A stretch of 64,000 nucleotides of DNA, taken from positions 311,364,001-311,428,000 of the forward strand of contig OZ024742.1 of assembly GCA_964016885.1 (NCBI GenBank), in the 5' to 3' direction. This document shows, one piece after another, positions 25,237-38,067 of the stretch (within the stretch, counting starts at the first letter, position 1; each line of letters opens with the position of its first letter). The DNA comes from Eledone cirrhosa (lineage: Eukaryota). A program made the position numbers and the translations under genes. The notes under the pieces are model-generated. The model had not been told where the DNA came from, made no database searches, and saw nothing but the letters and a program-made list of their open reading frames with translations.

Positions 25237-27370
25237 TATATATATATAGCTTCTGAGGGAGTCAAAGGCGCACCGCATTGAAATACAGTGTATTTTAAAA
25301 CCTGTCGGAGTCCATCTCCTCTCCAAGTCTGAATACAGTAGATTTCTCCCAGAGAAGGATCGAGAGTGAAATGATGGAAGTGAGAAAGAGATATAGAAGA
25401 AGAATCAACCTAAGTACTAGACTGGTACATTTTTATCAACCTCAAATGGATGAAAGGCAAAGTTGATCTCGGTGGGATTTGAACTCATAGAGAAGAGAGC
25501 TGAAATGAATACTGCTAGGCATTCTATCCGACGTTCTAATGACTCTGCCAATTCACCATCTTCATATATATAATTATTGTTTGCAACTCTGTCTTTGTTT
25601 TCATTATGGGAGCAACTGGTTGAGTGCTTCATGGCCTGTTCATTTTTTTTTTAAATTTGAATAAGTGCCAACGTCTTCCCTGAGAACAATCAAGACTGGC
25701 TTACCTCCCTCTTAGATGTCAAGTTACATGTCGCTGAAAGTCGAGGTTACTAATACACATGCTGATGTCCATCAGAGTGGTATGGTGGATAGCTAATTGC
25801 ACCTTTCTATTCCAGAGAGGCTAATCCCTACTGAAGAAGCGGCTCTCGCCACTTACGTAATGTTTACTAACATTACCTAATCTCTGCCCATGATCAAAGT
25901 CACAGAAATTAATGCATTGGTCAAGAGCTGGAAAATTAAATTTTTTACTCACATGAAATCGTTTTTTTTCATTAATTAATGTATTAATGTGCTCGCTAAT
26001 TTTCTTGGTTTTGTCTTAATAATACAGACTTAATTAACTTATTGAGTGAATTTTGTGTTGGTTCTATTCAATAGCTTCGTTTCATTAGATGGCAAGGAGA
26101 AACGATCACTAGGTATGCAAATAAGGCTAATCAGCCGATGTATACTTTTGAAAATATCAAATATTTTCAAGATTTCTAGTGAATGGTAGAAAGAAGTACA
26201 TAATCTTGACAAAGGGCAATAACCCTGAAACAACGCTGTCGATTGTTTCTCTTTGCCACTGCTAGAACAAAAAGAACGGTCATCGAAAAAACATGTAATG
26301 AGGCTATTTGCTTGTAAACGGATTGTATATTATTATTATCATTTGATATAAAACTCACAAATATATATATACATATATATAAGCCCCGGTGTTTTTTGCA
26401 TAGCTACGGCTTTCTAAATGTTTACCTGTAAACATACCGTGTTTCTTTAAAAATACGAAATTTCTATACATATATGCATATACATATATGTGTGTGTATA
26501 TCTAAGGCACTCCCAGCATCATAGATTAGTTCTAGTTTTCTAATTGACTGGGCTCAGCTGAGATTGCAATATAAATTCAATTTTTGATTGAACCATTTTC
26601 ATCATATCGTGGCACCAGAGGATAACAGATAGGCAATATCGGTAGAGCATCAGACAACATGCTTTGCCTTCCAGCCTTACGTGGTTGATAAAATAAAGTT
26701 CCAGTAATACATTGGATATCTATTTAATCAACATTCTCCTCTCAAAAATTGTTGGCATTGTGCCTAAATTGAAACCCATTATATTGTGGTATCAGCACTA
26801 CCACTCTGTAAAGTGGTAGTGTGGGTTCTACAATATAATATTCCCAGCACATTCTGAAAAGTGGTTGTGCTAGTGCCACGATATAATGCACCCACTACAC
26901 TCTGTAAATTTGAAGTGTTGGTACCACAGTATAATATTTCCAGCTGTTCAAACAACAGATCAGTCTGCTTGGGGAAATTAACATGCAAAGAGCTGAGCAT
27001 TCCTCTGATATGTGTACTCTTGACATAGTTTTTAGGGAGATTCCATGTTACACAAGGTGTGATAGGTTGGCTTTTACGTTACATGTACCACTAATTTTTG
27101 CTAGCTGTGTAGACTGAAACAACATAAAATAAAGTATCTTGTTCATGGATACAATGCATTGCCTGGAATCAAACTCACTTATGATTGTGAGCAGAAGATC
27201 TTAACCACCAAGTCACATGCCTCCATCTTTCCTAATACATCAGTGCTAAAATGAAGAAGCAATACTGCTAATTCATTCACATCGTTCCATGCTTCTTTCA
27301 AACCCATCTTTGCTACAATTACCCAGTGAACCATTTAGAGAGAAATACATAGTGAACTATAATAACTTAC

Positions 27371-27458
27371 CCAACGGCAGACAGAAATAGTGTGACCAGG
27401 AAGAGATACACAGTTCATCAGGGGCACACGGGCGAGAAGCACAGGCCTGGGGTAATAC
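27371..27458 (-). CDS. Host gene coding exon 2: short 4-Cys EGF-like module (VLPQACASRPCAPDELCISSWSHYFCLPL)
   Basis: ttttcatag acceptor, G|gtaagt donor; 88 nt, phase 0 to phase 1, which bridges exon 1 (phase 0) and the phase-1 Sushi exons; too short for the ORF track. Confidence 0.8.
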
Positions 27459-27609
27459 CTATGAAAATATGAAACAAATTATGATATAAAGGAATAATAA
27501 CAAAAATATATTAAATAAATTAAATAAAAATTTAACTTAAATATTCTAAGACTTTATAATTATGGCAAATTAGAAGAATGTTGATACATTATAAATTACT
27601 GACTGAATA

Positions 27610-27992
27610 TGCTGTAGAGTGTTGACTGGGTATACTGTAGAGTGTTGACTGGGTATATTGTAGAGTGTTGATTGGGTATACTGTAGAGTGTTGACTGGGT
27701 ATATTGCAGAGTACTGGGTATATTGTAGAGTTTTGATTGGGTATATTGTAGTTACTTGACTAGGTATATTGTAGAGTGTTGACTGGGTATATTGTAGAGT
27801 GTTGATTGGGTATATTGTAGCTACTAGACTAGGTATATTGTAGAGTGTTGACTGGGTATATTGTAAAGTGATGAGTAGGTATACTGTAGAGTGTTGACTG
27901 GGTGTATTGTAGCTTGTTGACTAGGTATATTGTAGAGTGTTGACTGGGTATATTGTAGAGTGTTGACTGGGTATATTGTAGAGTGTTGACTT
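27610..27992. repeat. 23-bp tandem repeat
   Basis: Unit ttgtagagtgttgactgggtata, about 16 copies, no spacers. Confidence 0.92.
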
Positions 27993-28439
27993 TGGCGCAT
28001 TGATACACTGTCCGTGCGTGATTTGGCTAAGTCAGGCCAATCGTTAGCTGCGCACGGATATGTATTTTCAACTTCCGCCTAAACCGAGAATTTCCCGTTA
28101 CTTTCAATAAATTCATTCTCTTGCAACTTTGACTGTGATAAGGTAAACAACCATTTTTCTTTTGTCCCGCAAACTAGCCAATATGTAACACGACAATGTA
28201 ACCAGGGCCTGGCCAACACCTCAGCCTCTTCTGAAACCTTAATTTTGTTTGTTTCATTTGTTTAGCTTGCCAGCTCTTCTCACCTTAACCTTTGTTAATA
28301 AATTATGTAAAAACATGCTAAAGTCTTGTGATGCTATTTACCACAGCCATTGCCTTTAAATGTGATATGGAAAGATTCTTTCCAGAGTTATATTCACTGC
28401 AGCAACAGAACTTGAGACTTATAGCCGAACCTCAATTCA

Positions 28440-29520
28440 ACTTCTTCTTTTCGTATCTTTGAAGCATGTGGTTATATGACAGTTTCCCATTTCCTTACAC
28501 AGTCCTTTGCATTATTATTAAATTCTGCGAGATCTTTTAAGCTGCACTGGTTGGGTAGTAGAGGGCAAACAAAGCAGTGCTGCATAGTATGGTCCTCCTC
28601 TCCACATTCGCAGATGGTTGGGCTGGTCTTGTAGCCCCATCTGGCCATAGCAGCTTTTGATCGCCCCATTCCTGTTCTCAGGCGGTTGAGTGTCTTTCAC
28701 TGGACCCATGGTGCTTCTGAGCCAGGAGGGAGGGCTTCAGAAGGGGGGGATTCCAATGTCAATAGGAGGGGAGTCATTCTCTAGCTTTCTAGTCCATAGC
28801 TGTAGTCTGGTTTCTTCCTGAGATGTTGTTAGGGGCTGGACATGGCTGAGGAAGCTTCTCCTTGACTGCAGTCGTTGGGCCGGATGTTCAGGTTCATGAA
28901 GGAGGTGGCGTTCATCACTGATAGCCTTTGTGATCTCTACTCAGCTGGCAACTTCCTGTCTCATATCTGCAGAGGCAATGCCACCGAGGAGATGCTGGTT
29001 GTTCAGGTTGGTAGGCTTCAGGCAACCAGTGATCAAACGGCAGGTGTTGTTCAACGCTGGGTCTAGTTTACTGTCATGGGTTGATCTCTCCCAAACAGGA
29101 CACACGTAGTCCGCAGAGGAATAGCACAGGACCAAGGCAGTACATCTTAGTGTGTGTGCTGTGGCTCCCCATTTGGAGTTGGTCAGTTTCCGTAGGTTGT
29201 TGTCACGGGAGCTGACTTTCAATTTAATGTTTTTGATGTGTTCCTTGAAAGAGAGGGTGCGGTCCAGGGTTACGCCAAGGTAGACAGGATTGGTGCAGTT
29301 CTCAAGTGGTGGTCCTGACCATGTGATGTTAAGAGGTCGGTTGGCTTCCTGGGCCCTGAGATGGAACGAGCAGGCTTGAGTCTTCGCAGGGTTTGTGTGC
29401 AGGTGGTTGCTCTTGTAGTAGAGGAGTAGCTCATCCAGTGCTGAGTTGAGGTTTGGTTCTACTGCTTCGAACATACTCTCTTGGGATGTAACACAGAGGT
29501 CATCAGTGTAGATGAACCAC
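28440..29520 (-). mobile_element. Ingi/Vingi-like LINE 3' fragment
   Basis: NPAKTQACSFHL, YLGVTLDRTLSF, YVCPVWERS, C-terminal CECG...H...C knuckle. Confidence 0.75.
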
Positions 29521-32319
29521 TCAACTTACATGTATTGATATAACAAACCATACTTTTCCAATTACAAACAAATACATTGTTGTTGCATATTCTCGTTGAT
29601 ATTACTTGCTGTTATACTGGTGACATAATATTATCATTTTATATACTTCTAAAGGTCTATTGTAGAGTACTGAGTATATTGTAGAGTGTTCATCATCATC
29701 ATCATCGTTTAACGTCCATCTTCCACACTAGCATGGGTTAGATGGGATTGTCCCCACTTGAGGCAAAATTGGTTGGGTGACCGTGCTTCGCTCGTATAGA
29801 ACTGTATCTGGCAGGCTTTCTATGGTTGGATGCCCTTCCTAACACCAACTTGACTGGGTATATTGTGGTAGATTTAATTAATCCCAATACCTGAGTTATA
29901 TTTATTCTGTCAACTCCATCAATATGAGGAGTAATATTGTCCCCGTTCTATTTAAATTGGAATGTAAAGAGATATAATGAAATATCAAAAGGTATTTTGT
30001 CCGGCACTTTAGTGATTTTGTTATCCACTACTCTTCAATAGACTTGATTTCTTTCTTAAACATAGGACCGCAAATTTGAATTCAGAACATATAGTGACAA
30101 AATTAAACACTGCAAGGCATATACTTAGTCCAGTTCTCTACCGTCACTGCCAAAAATGTGTCTTACTTCTGTACCTGGCCTCCTCTTCCCCTCCCTTTCC
30201 TCTTTCTCCTCCATCCTCCATCACCTCCTCTTCCACTTCTTCTAACTCCTCATCCTTTTCTACTTTTCCTCCTTCTTCCCCTCCTCCCCCAATTTGCTTT
30301 AAATAGAAAACAGATCTTCCTCAAATTAGCCCTGCCATTTTAAAAAAGGAAACGACACATTATATAATGTAGTCGTACCCCCTCCCCCCATCACCACCAC
30401 CACAACCACCACAACCACCACCATCCCAAAAAATGACGGGAGTAGTCTCAGATGGGAAGTTTTTACTCATAGTTCTTCCTGCTTAAGGTTAACCTATGGA
30501 GTTATACAACATGAACCAACCAGGTAGCCTCAACTTGAGGTTAGGATTATAAAATCGAATGGCAAAATCCCTAACGCTCAAAAGGCCGGATTTTAAAATA
30601 TTGAAAAATGCGGACACTGATTTTAGAGATCAAAGGAAAAGAGACTTCAGGAAAACAGAACTAAAAAGAACAATCCATCTTAAAAGTAATTTATTTATAT
30701 TTTTAAGGAGAAAATAATTCTTAATATTGGCACAAGACTATCAATCTGGGGGAAGGGGAATGTCAATTATATCAACCCTAGTACTTAACTGGTATTTTTA
30801 TCTTATCGATCTTGGAAGGATGAAAGGCAAATTTGACTTCAGACGGATTTAAACTCAGAGCGTATAAAGTTGTTAGTAAATACAGCAAAGTATTTACCAA
30901 TCCACTTCTGTATTTAAGGGCTGCTGACAACGAAGTTCTTGTCACCATTTATGGCTTGTCTTACCGACGTATCAGGTGATGCCTATGAGAGTGCTTGGTT
31001 ATTCCAACGGTCTTAAGCTCACTTGTGTTAATGCTGTGACTGTGCTGGCTTATGCAAAAAATTATTGGAGGGAAACTCCAATGCCCCACGTCATAGGGTT
31101 TAATTGAATTTGTGTTTTTTTTCAACCCTCCTCCCTACATTTTCCTCTTGAACACAAAGATGTAAATGTTGATATAGGTGCATATACAATCAGACATAAC
31201 CGGCTAGAGAAGCAGACCTGTCAACTCTCCCCGTCCAATGGGCAGATCTCCCATCTATTTTGGGTTGGTGAGAGATGTCTTTTCTTGTGAAAATGAATAT
31301 AGTTTTCATTATGTAAAATCTCCCCATTTTGCCTCATTTCTCCTCGTTTGGGGGCACTTTTTTTCATGGTACTTCATATTTTGGCTTTTAGAGGTTGGCA
31401 GGTCTGGAGAAGGAATATAAAGACATTTATATCGACATTCACATATGCATATATATGTAATATAACATATCGACATATACATATACATATACATATACAT
31501 ATTGCATGTATATTGTATTATATTGCATATATAAGTATGTATTGCATATATAAGTACACATACAGAAACATATCTGCAATTGAGCCTAGGACCTTATAAT
31601 TGTAAAGCAAATTTCTTAACAACTCAACCATGCTTGTGTCCTTACTTAATGAACTGAGTGTCTGACTGACTGAGCCATAATTAGACATTACAGAGTTCTA
31701 TAATCCCACTGAGTAAACAGTAGCAATATTGTCAAATTATTGAGTTACTATGTTTGGCTAAATTGAACTCTATTTGTGGATATAGATTCAATAATGATGA
31801 ATTCTATAAGTATCACTTACTCTAGATACTCTACATCTATGTGAAGTCTTCAGAACTCCTCCCATGACTCAATGGTTTATGAAAAACACGAACAGAAAAG
31901 ATTATAAATAGAAAGAGAAGCTTTCTCACTGGTTTGTTAAGTTTTGAAGGTTTTTTTAGTTGTTTAATGTCTTAATCAGAGAGGGAAGGCTGCACCCACA
32001 TTTTTTCAATACCTCAGAGACAGATGGAAAGAAGAGAAGATATCCTCAGAGAAGATAAATACTTGGATCAGGGTGGACACCACGAAAGACGCATGATTAG
32101 GTAGTGATCTTAAACTAAGTGACAATTAAGTCTACCACCAAAAAACATAAATGGTGCCCCCCAGCTTGTTCCACACAGTTTCTGTCTACCAGATCTCATT
32201 CACAAGATTTGGTTTGACCTGAGAGTTTGGCTGGCAGAAGAGATTTGTCAAAGGTCTTAGGCAATGGAATCAAACTCTAAATCAGACAGTTGTGAAGTTG
32301 AATATTTAATAATATCTGT

Positions 32320-32485
32320 GCCCAAACATACACCCATACTTGTACTCAAGCACATAGCCATGCTTGCACCCAAACGTACACATACCTATACTCAAACATA
32401 TAGCCATGCTTGCACCCAAACATACACACATACCAGTACTCAAACACATAACCATGCTTGCACCCAAACATACACCCATACCTGT
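32320..32485. repeat. Degenerate tandem repeat (gcttgcacccaaacatacac...)
   Basis: About three ~45-bp units. Confidence 0.7.
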
Positions 32486-34004
32486 AAACTGGGATCAAGT
32501 TAGTTGAATCAGTGAAATTGGATCAATTCATACAAGTCATTCTAGTGCATTAAAAATCAATAACATTGCATGATCTAATTTAATATTATTTATATAGGCT
32601 TGACGGTTATACCCAGTAAGTTTGACATGATCAATACTTGTTTTTGTGGTCAGCTTCTTTTATGAAATATTTCATTGTCTCGTTTCTGTTTATTTCAAGT
32701 AATTACAATCATCAATGTCCTTCATGGTGGCTGTTCTTTTGTTTATATTGAATAAACTTGATTCAATACATACACAAACACATATAAATCATGTAATGTT
32801 TCTGAATAGATACAAGTGTTTTGTACACTTCAGTTACTTAATGTGTAATTTGATATGTGTTTGAATTAATTACCATCATAAGTACATACATAATATAAAT
32901 AAAACTGCAAACCAGTCAGATCTTTTGTAGCTATGGTGACAAATTTGTATATGTTTCAGTATTATTAGAAATCCTCTGTGAAGTGTGTCTAACACCTAAC
33001 TATCAGAAAATAGAACAACTTTTAAAATATATAGTTTTGTGTGGAGGCAATTAAAAATGATGTCAGAGGCAGATTTCCCAAAGTACCTTTTGCACGAAAA
33101 ACACAGTATTAAGTTTGGGTTAACACATAATGTATTGAGCTGACAATAATGATTAAGCAATTGAAATTCCAATCCAATCCAGCACCTTCTCACTCCTGTT
33201 GGAGGAACCCTTCCCTAGTTGACCTCCACCACTTTCTGTTTGGTTTTGGTCATGTCAGGCGTGTAACTGTACTCATCATGCTTCACTAATTGCAGGTTGT
33301 TGAGGCTGTTGAACCCATGTTTAGGGTGGATGGTCATTGTCTCTGACAAGTACATCTGCCCTTTTAACAGCTCTTGCTTTTTCATTTTTTGCTGCTGGGG
33401 TTCCATTTTCTCTCCTCACCTGACTAAAGTCTTGCTAGGGAACTAGTTTAGTTGCTGACCACTCAACCATAAAGTAAGTTGTACTGGGTTACATGGTACC
33501 AGTAGCAGGCAGAAGCCTGACCTATCAAATAATTGAAATTATACCCATAATAATAAGAAGAGTCATTAGTGTTAATGATAATTCTTTTCAAAAGTTGCAA
33601 GGGAGAGATGTGGAATACTCATTATCTACTTATCTTATTTATCTATATTGCTAGAAGGCATGTGGCCTAGTAGTTAGAGAGTTGGATTCACTATTGTGAG
33701 TTTGAAAGTTTGATTCTCAGACTGTGAAACTTTATTGCATATTACAATTGTTTCTGTATCGATCAGCTCGGGTTTGATCAGGCGATCGAATCCCAATTCT
33801 TAATCGACACTTCTTCAGATATGTGAGTTTACAATACAAGTATATAAGATTGCTTTATCTTGTAAGATGATAGCCATTTCAACACCACCTTAATCACACA
33901 CACACACACATGTATATATATCGCTGACTGAATATGCACATGTCTCCCCCTCTCCATTCTTCTTACTCTTTATCATTCTATTTTGTCTTCTATTCCTAAT
34001 TCTA

Positions 34005-34040
34005 TCTTCTGATGAAGGACTAGTGTCCAAAACGTTAAGA
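34005..34040 (+). ncRNA. Degenerate minimal hammerhead motif (family also at 52853-52888 plus and ~40449-40486 minus)
   Basis: tctt CTGATGA a ggac tagt gtcc AAAA cgt TA aga; GAAA is mutated here but intact in the 52853 copy. Confidence 0.55.
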
Positions 34041-34159
34041 CTCTTTTGCAACTATACCAAGCGTTAAACTAATATATTTCTTCAGTATACTGTGTCGTTT
34101 GCTTTGTTATTTCTGTTTACTTTTTACATACATACATATATACAGATAGACAGACAGAA

Positions 34160-34575
34160 CCTGATGTATAAGATGTATACAGCCTGCCCAAACCTATTTC
34201 TCCAAGATCACTGTAACAGTAATGACATCATCACAGATGAACAAGCAGCTGGAAAGAAAGGTGTTTGGGGGTGTGCTGAACAACTCCTAGTTAACAAAAC
34301 TGCGATGTCAGAGGTGCGACAACTTAGGAGGAATATGGCTACAGTCTGGCTGGACTACAGGAAAGCATTTGATTCTGTTCCCACTCTTGGATGATAGAAG
34401 CCCTCCGACTTGCTTAAGTCCCAGAAATTATTATCAGAGCCATAGAGAAGTTGTCTTCTTGGGCTACTATCCTAAAGTTAAAAACAGAGAAGGAGGACTC
34501 TATTTCTACTGATAAAATAGAATATAACAGGGGTATAACAGTCTCTCTGTGCTGCTATTTATTCTGTCAGCAAAG
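34160..34575 (+). mobile_element. R4/Dong-like (RLE-type) non-LTR RT fragment
   Basis: EQAAGKKGVWGCAEQLLVNK...VWLDYRKAFDSVP. Confidence 0.7.
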
Positions 34576-34762
34576 GAGAAGATTTAACTAACAACAAATC
34601 AGAAATAACGATGAAAAGCACATGTGGTTTTGAAAAATACACATCCCACCGCCATCATCCCAGTGATGTGAATAGGCTTATCGACAGCTAGAAATAGCAG
34701 CCGAGTCCTTTCAACAGGAAAAAGGTCTACTAACAGAATGATTAGGGGCTGCATATACTACC

Positions 34763-34978
34763 AAAATTAAATTAAAGATGTCATGTCTGAGAATATCAGA
34801 AACATGCACCATATCACCTGTAGAATAAGCTCAAAGATTCTAAGGAATAAATCAGAGCATTTATTAAAATTAAATTAGATGCTCGGATTTCTTCTTTAGA
34901 ATCTTTGAGCTTATTCTACAGGTGATATGGCACATATTTCTGATATTCTCAGACATGACATCTTTAATTTAATTTTGT
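34763..34978. repeat. ~98-bp inverted repeat with ~18-bp spacer
   Basis: caaaattaaattaaagatgtcatgtctgag... / ...ctcagacatgacatctttaatttaattttg. Confidence 0.85.
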
Positions 34979-34982
34979 TAGT

Positions 34983-35294
34983 ATATATACATATGTATAT
35001 ATATATATATTTATATATATATATATATATATCGTCATTGGCACCACTCATGTCCAAGTTTGGTTCATCTGGCACCTCCAGAAGACCAAGTCAGAAGTGG
35101 AACAATATCTGGCATTGCAAGACTAACCACAACAGAAACACAAACCCTCCATCTCAATTTTACTATTGAAAATCAAAAGAATTGTGAAACCAGTTAAGCA
35201 AATAAATATTCTTAAAAGACTCCAGTTGCATTTTCAATTTCTTTTCCTTATGTTTTTACCCATGTGGGACATTTTAAAATACCTTACTTTCTTT

Positions 35295-35354
<60 letters not shown>

Positions 35355-35540
35355 TGTAGATTATTTGAAACATGTAAGGGAATAAATATGTTTTTTTTAT
35401 GAAAGAAGTATAATTTTCACATTTATACCCTTGTTTCTCTTCTGGAGGTGCCAGATGAACCAAACTTGGACATGAGTGGTGCCAATGACGATATATATAT
35501 ATATATATATAAATATATATATATATACATATGTATATAT
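34983..35540. repeat. ~100-bp inverted repeat including its (TA)n flank
   Basis: 34983-35085 versus 35438-35540 (cgtcattggcaccactcatgtccaagtttggttcatctggcacctccagaaga). Confidence 0.85.
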
Positions 35541-36409
35541 TTCTCTTTCTCTCTCTCTATATATATATATATGCGTGTGTCTTTGTGTATATCCAATAAG
35601 TTATCAGTTTGACAAAAAATATTGATAAAATAAAAGACTTGATATAAATAGTAGGGTTGGTATAATTGATTAAATCAAATCAAAGCAGTGCCCCAGCACG
35701 ACCACAGTCTAATAACTGAAAGAAATGTATATATAATCAAAGATAATTGTTCCTACTTTTAGCACAAGGCTAGCAATTACCCAGTACATTACTTTATTTT
35801 ATCGACCCCGTACGGATGAAAGACAAAGTTAACCTCGGCGGGATTTGAATTCAGACCGTTAAGGGACGTAACTATGCTGGAAAGCATGGCGTCCGACTCT
35901 CCACTGATACTCCAATCAAAGATAATGACAGAATAAAATACTTACCTCATCTATTGCTTTACAATTGGTTTGGCATTACAACTGATTGTTACACAAAAAT
36001 TGTTAGTCAAAAAGCAACAACACAAGATTATATATTGTATATGTGTATACATCTATCTTTCTGTATTTTTATGTTAAGAATGTCTCTCATATCTTCCACC
36101 TATAACTAGATAAACACATTTATATTCTTCTATATAGCTCCTTACATGCTATATTCTTACATTTGCTCTACATATATATATATCATCATCATTATCATTA
36201 CCATTTCACATCCATTCTTCCACACTAACATGGGTTAGGCAAGTTGTCCTGTTGTGGGCAATGCTAGGTCAGGCGACAATGTCTTGCTTATACAGAACTG
36301 ATTTTGGCTTGTTTTCTACAGCTGGATGCCCTTCCTAATAACATATATATATACATCATCATCATCATCATTTTATGTCCGCTTTTTCCTGCTTGCAAGG
36401 GTGGGATGG

Positions 36410-37160
36410 GCCCTATTCAGCACAGCATCTCTCCACTTGTCACGGTCCTTCGTCATCTCCACTGTGAGATTCAGCGATCTGAGGTCTGTTCTCACCACCT
36501 CCGCCCATGTTTTTCATGGTCTTCCTCGACTATATCTTCCTTCTCCTGGGATTTCTTGGCACCCATTGGTCATCCTCTATGCGCATCACATGTCCATACC
36601 ATTGCAATCTTCTCTCCCGCACACTACAACTTATCCCTCTTATACAGAGTTTCTCTCTCAACTCATCTATGCTTGGTCATTCACGCACATTGACATTGCA
36701 CATCCAACAGAGCATGCTTGCTTCATTTCTCTCCAGCCATTGGATATCCTCTGCAGTTGCTACCCATGTCTCACTATCATGCAGCATCGCGCATCTCACA
36801 CAGGCATCATATAACCGGCCTTTCATATGCAGGGAGAAACCCTTCTTTGTCAACAGAGGAAGCAGCTCCCTAAACTTCTTCCAGCCCGTCCTTATTCTAG
36901 ATACTATAGCCTCGGAACACCCTCCCCCTCCCATGCAAATCTGATTACCTAGGTACCGGAAGCTATTAACCACTTCTATAGAACCCACCTGCATTTGAAA
37001 AATGTGTCTATCACTGCAACTTCTACTGTCAAATTTCCCTGTACATCTACTGCATACATAGTTTTCCCTACCTGTTAGTTTGCCTGCTATCCCACTACAT
37101 CTCTTGTGTACCCAAGATCTGTATTGTGTACATTTTATAGAATTTATGCCAGTTCCTTTT
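36410..37160 (-). mobile_element. RTE LINE 3' fragment, diverged subfamily
   Basis: FRYLG, RIRTGWKKFRELLPLL, KGRLYDAC. Confidence 0.85.
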
Positions 37161-37179
37161 CTATGCTGAAATGGCTAAA

Positions 37180-37683
37180 AGCACTCAGCCCACTCTGTAA
37201 AGTGGTCATGCTCATGACACAACAAAGGCCCCTAGTCCACCATGTAAGGGGCCCATATTGGTGTCATGACAAAAGCCCACATTGTAAAGTGGCCGTTTTG
37301 GTGCCACGACAAAAGATGCTTGGTCTACACTGTAAAGTGGCAATCATGAAACCACGACAAAAAGCTCCCAGTCAACAGAGTAAAGTGGTTGTGCTGGTAC
37401 CACGACAAAAAGTGCCCAGTCCATACTGTAAAGCGGTCGTGTTGGTGTCATGATAATAAGCACCCAGCACACACTGTAAAGTGGTTGTTTCAGTGCCACA
37501 ATAAAAAGCATGCAGTCCACACTGTAAATGTGACTGGTGTTAGGAAGGGTATCAAGCCAAAGAAACCAACCCAGAAACAGTTCTGTATGAGCAAGACACG
37601 GTCACTTGACCCGACTTGTCACAAATGGGACAACTCGTTTAAACCATGCTTGTGTGAAAAATAGAAGTTAAATAGTGATGATG

Positions 37684-37690
<7 letters not shown>
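37180..37690 (+). repeat. SINE/RTE 3' region with an amplified ~40-bp internal unit
   Basis: Repeated cactgtaaagtgg...gccacgacaaaa units, then ggtgttaggaaggg and a TGA tail. Confidence 0.65.
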
Positions 37691-37729
<39 letters not shown>

Positions 37730-38067
37730 TATATATATATATATGTATGGTCCTAATAGAGTCGTAGGGGCGCTGTATGTCACTATGGTGTTTCTTGGGC
37801 ATTTTAAGCTTGGCGAAGCCCATCCCTCTCCAGTCCAGGCTTGAGTTCAGCAGATTTCTTCCATAAAGAGGCACAGTCGACCGCAGTACTAGACTGGTAC
37901 TTTTTTATTAACCTCAAAAGGATGAAAGGCAAAGTCAGAGAGCAGAGAGCTGGAATGAATACCATAAAGCATTCTATCTAACATTCTAGCGACTCTGTCA
38001 GTTTTCCTACACACACGCACACACACATATATATATATATATTTATATATGTATGTATATATATATG

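Noticed and set aside
27610-27992. CRISPR-like array
   Set aside because: Head-to-tail 23-bp units with no unique spacers, no cas genes, eukaryotic context
31821-31867. Possible extra exon (ag...|gtaagt) in intron 1
   Set aside because: 47 nt and open only with phase-1 entry, incompatible with the phase-0 flanking exons
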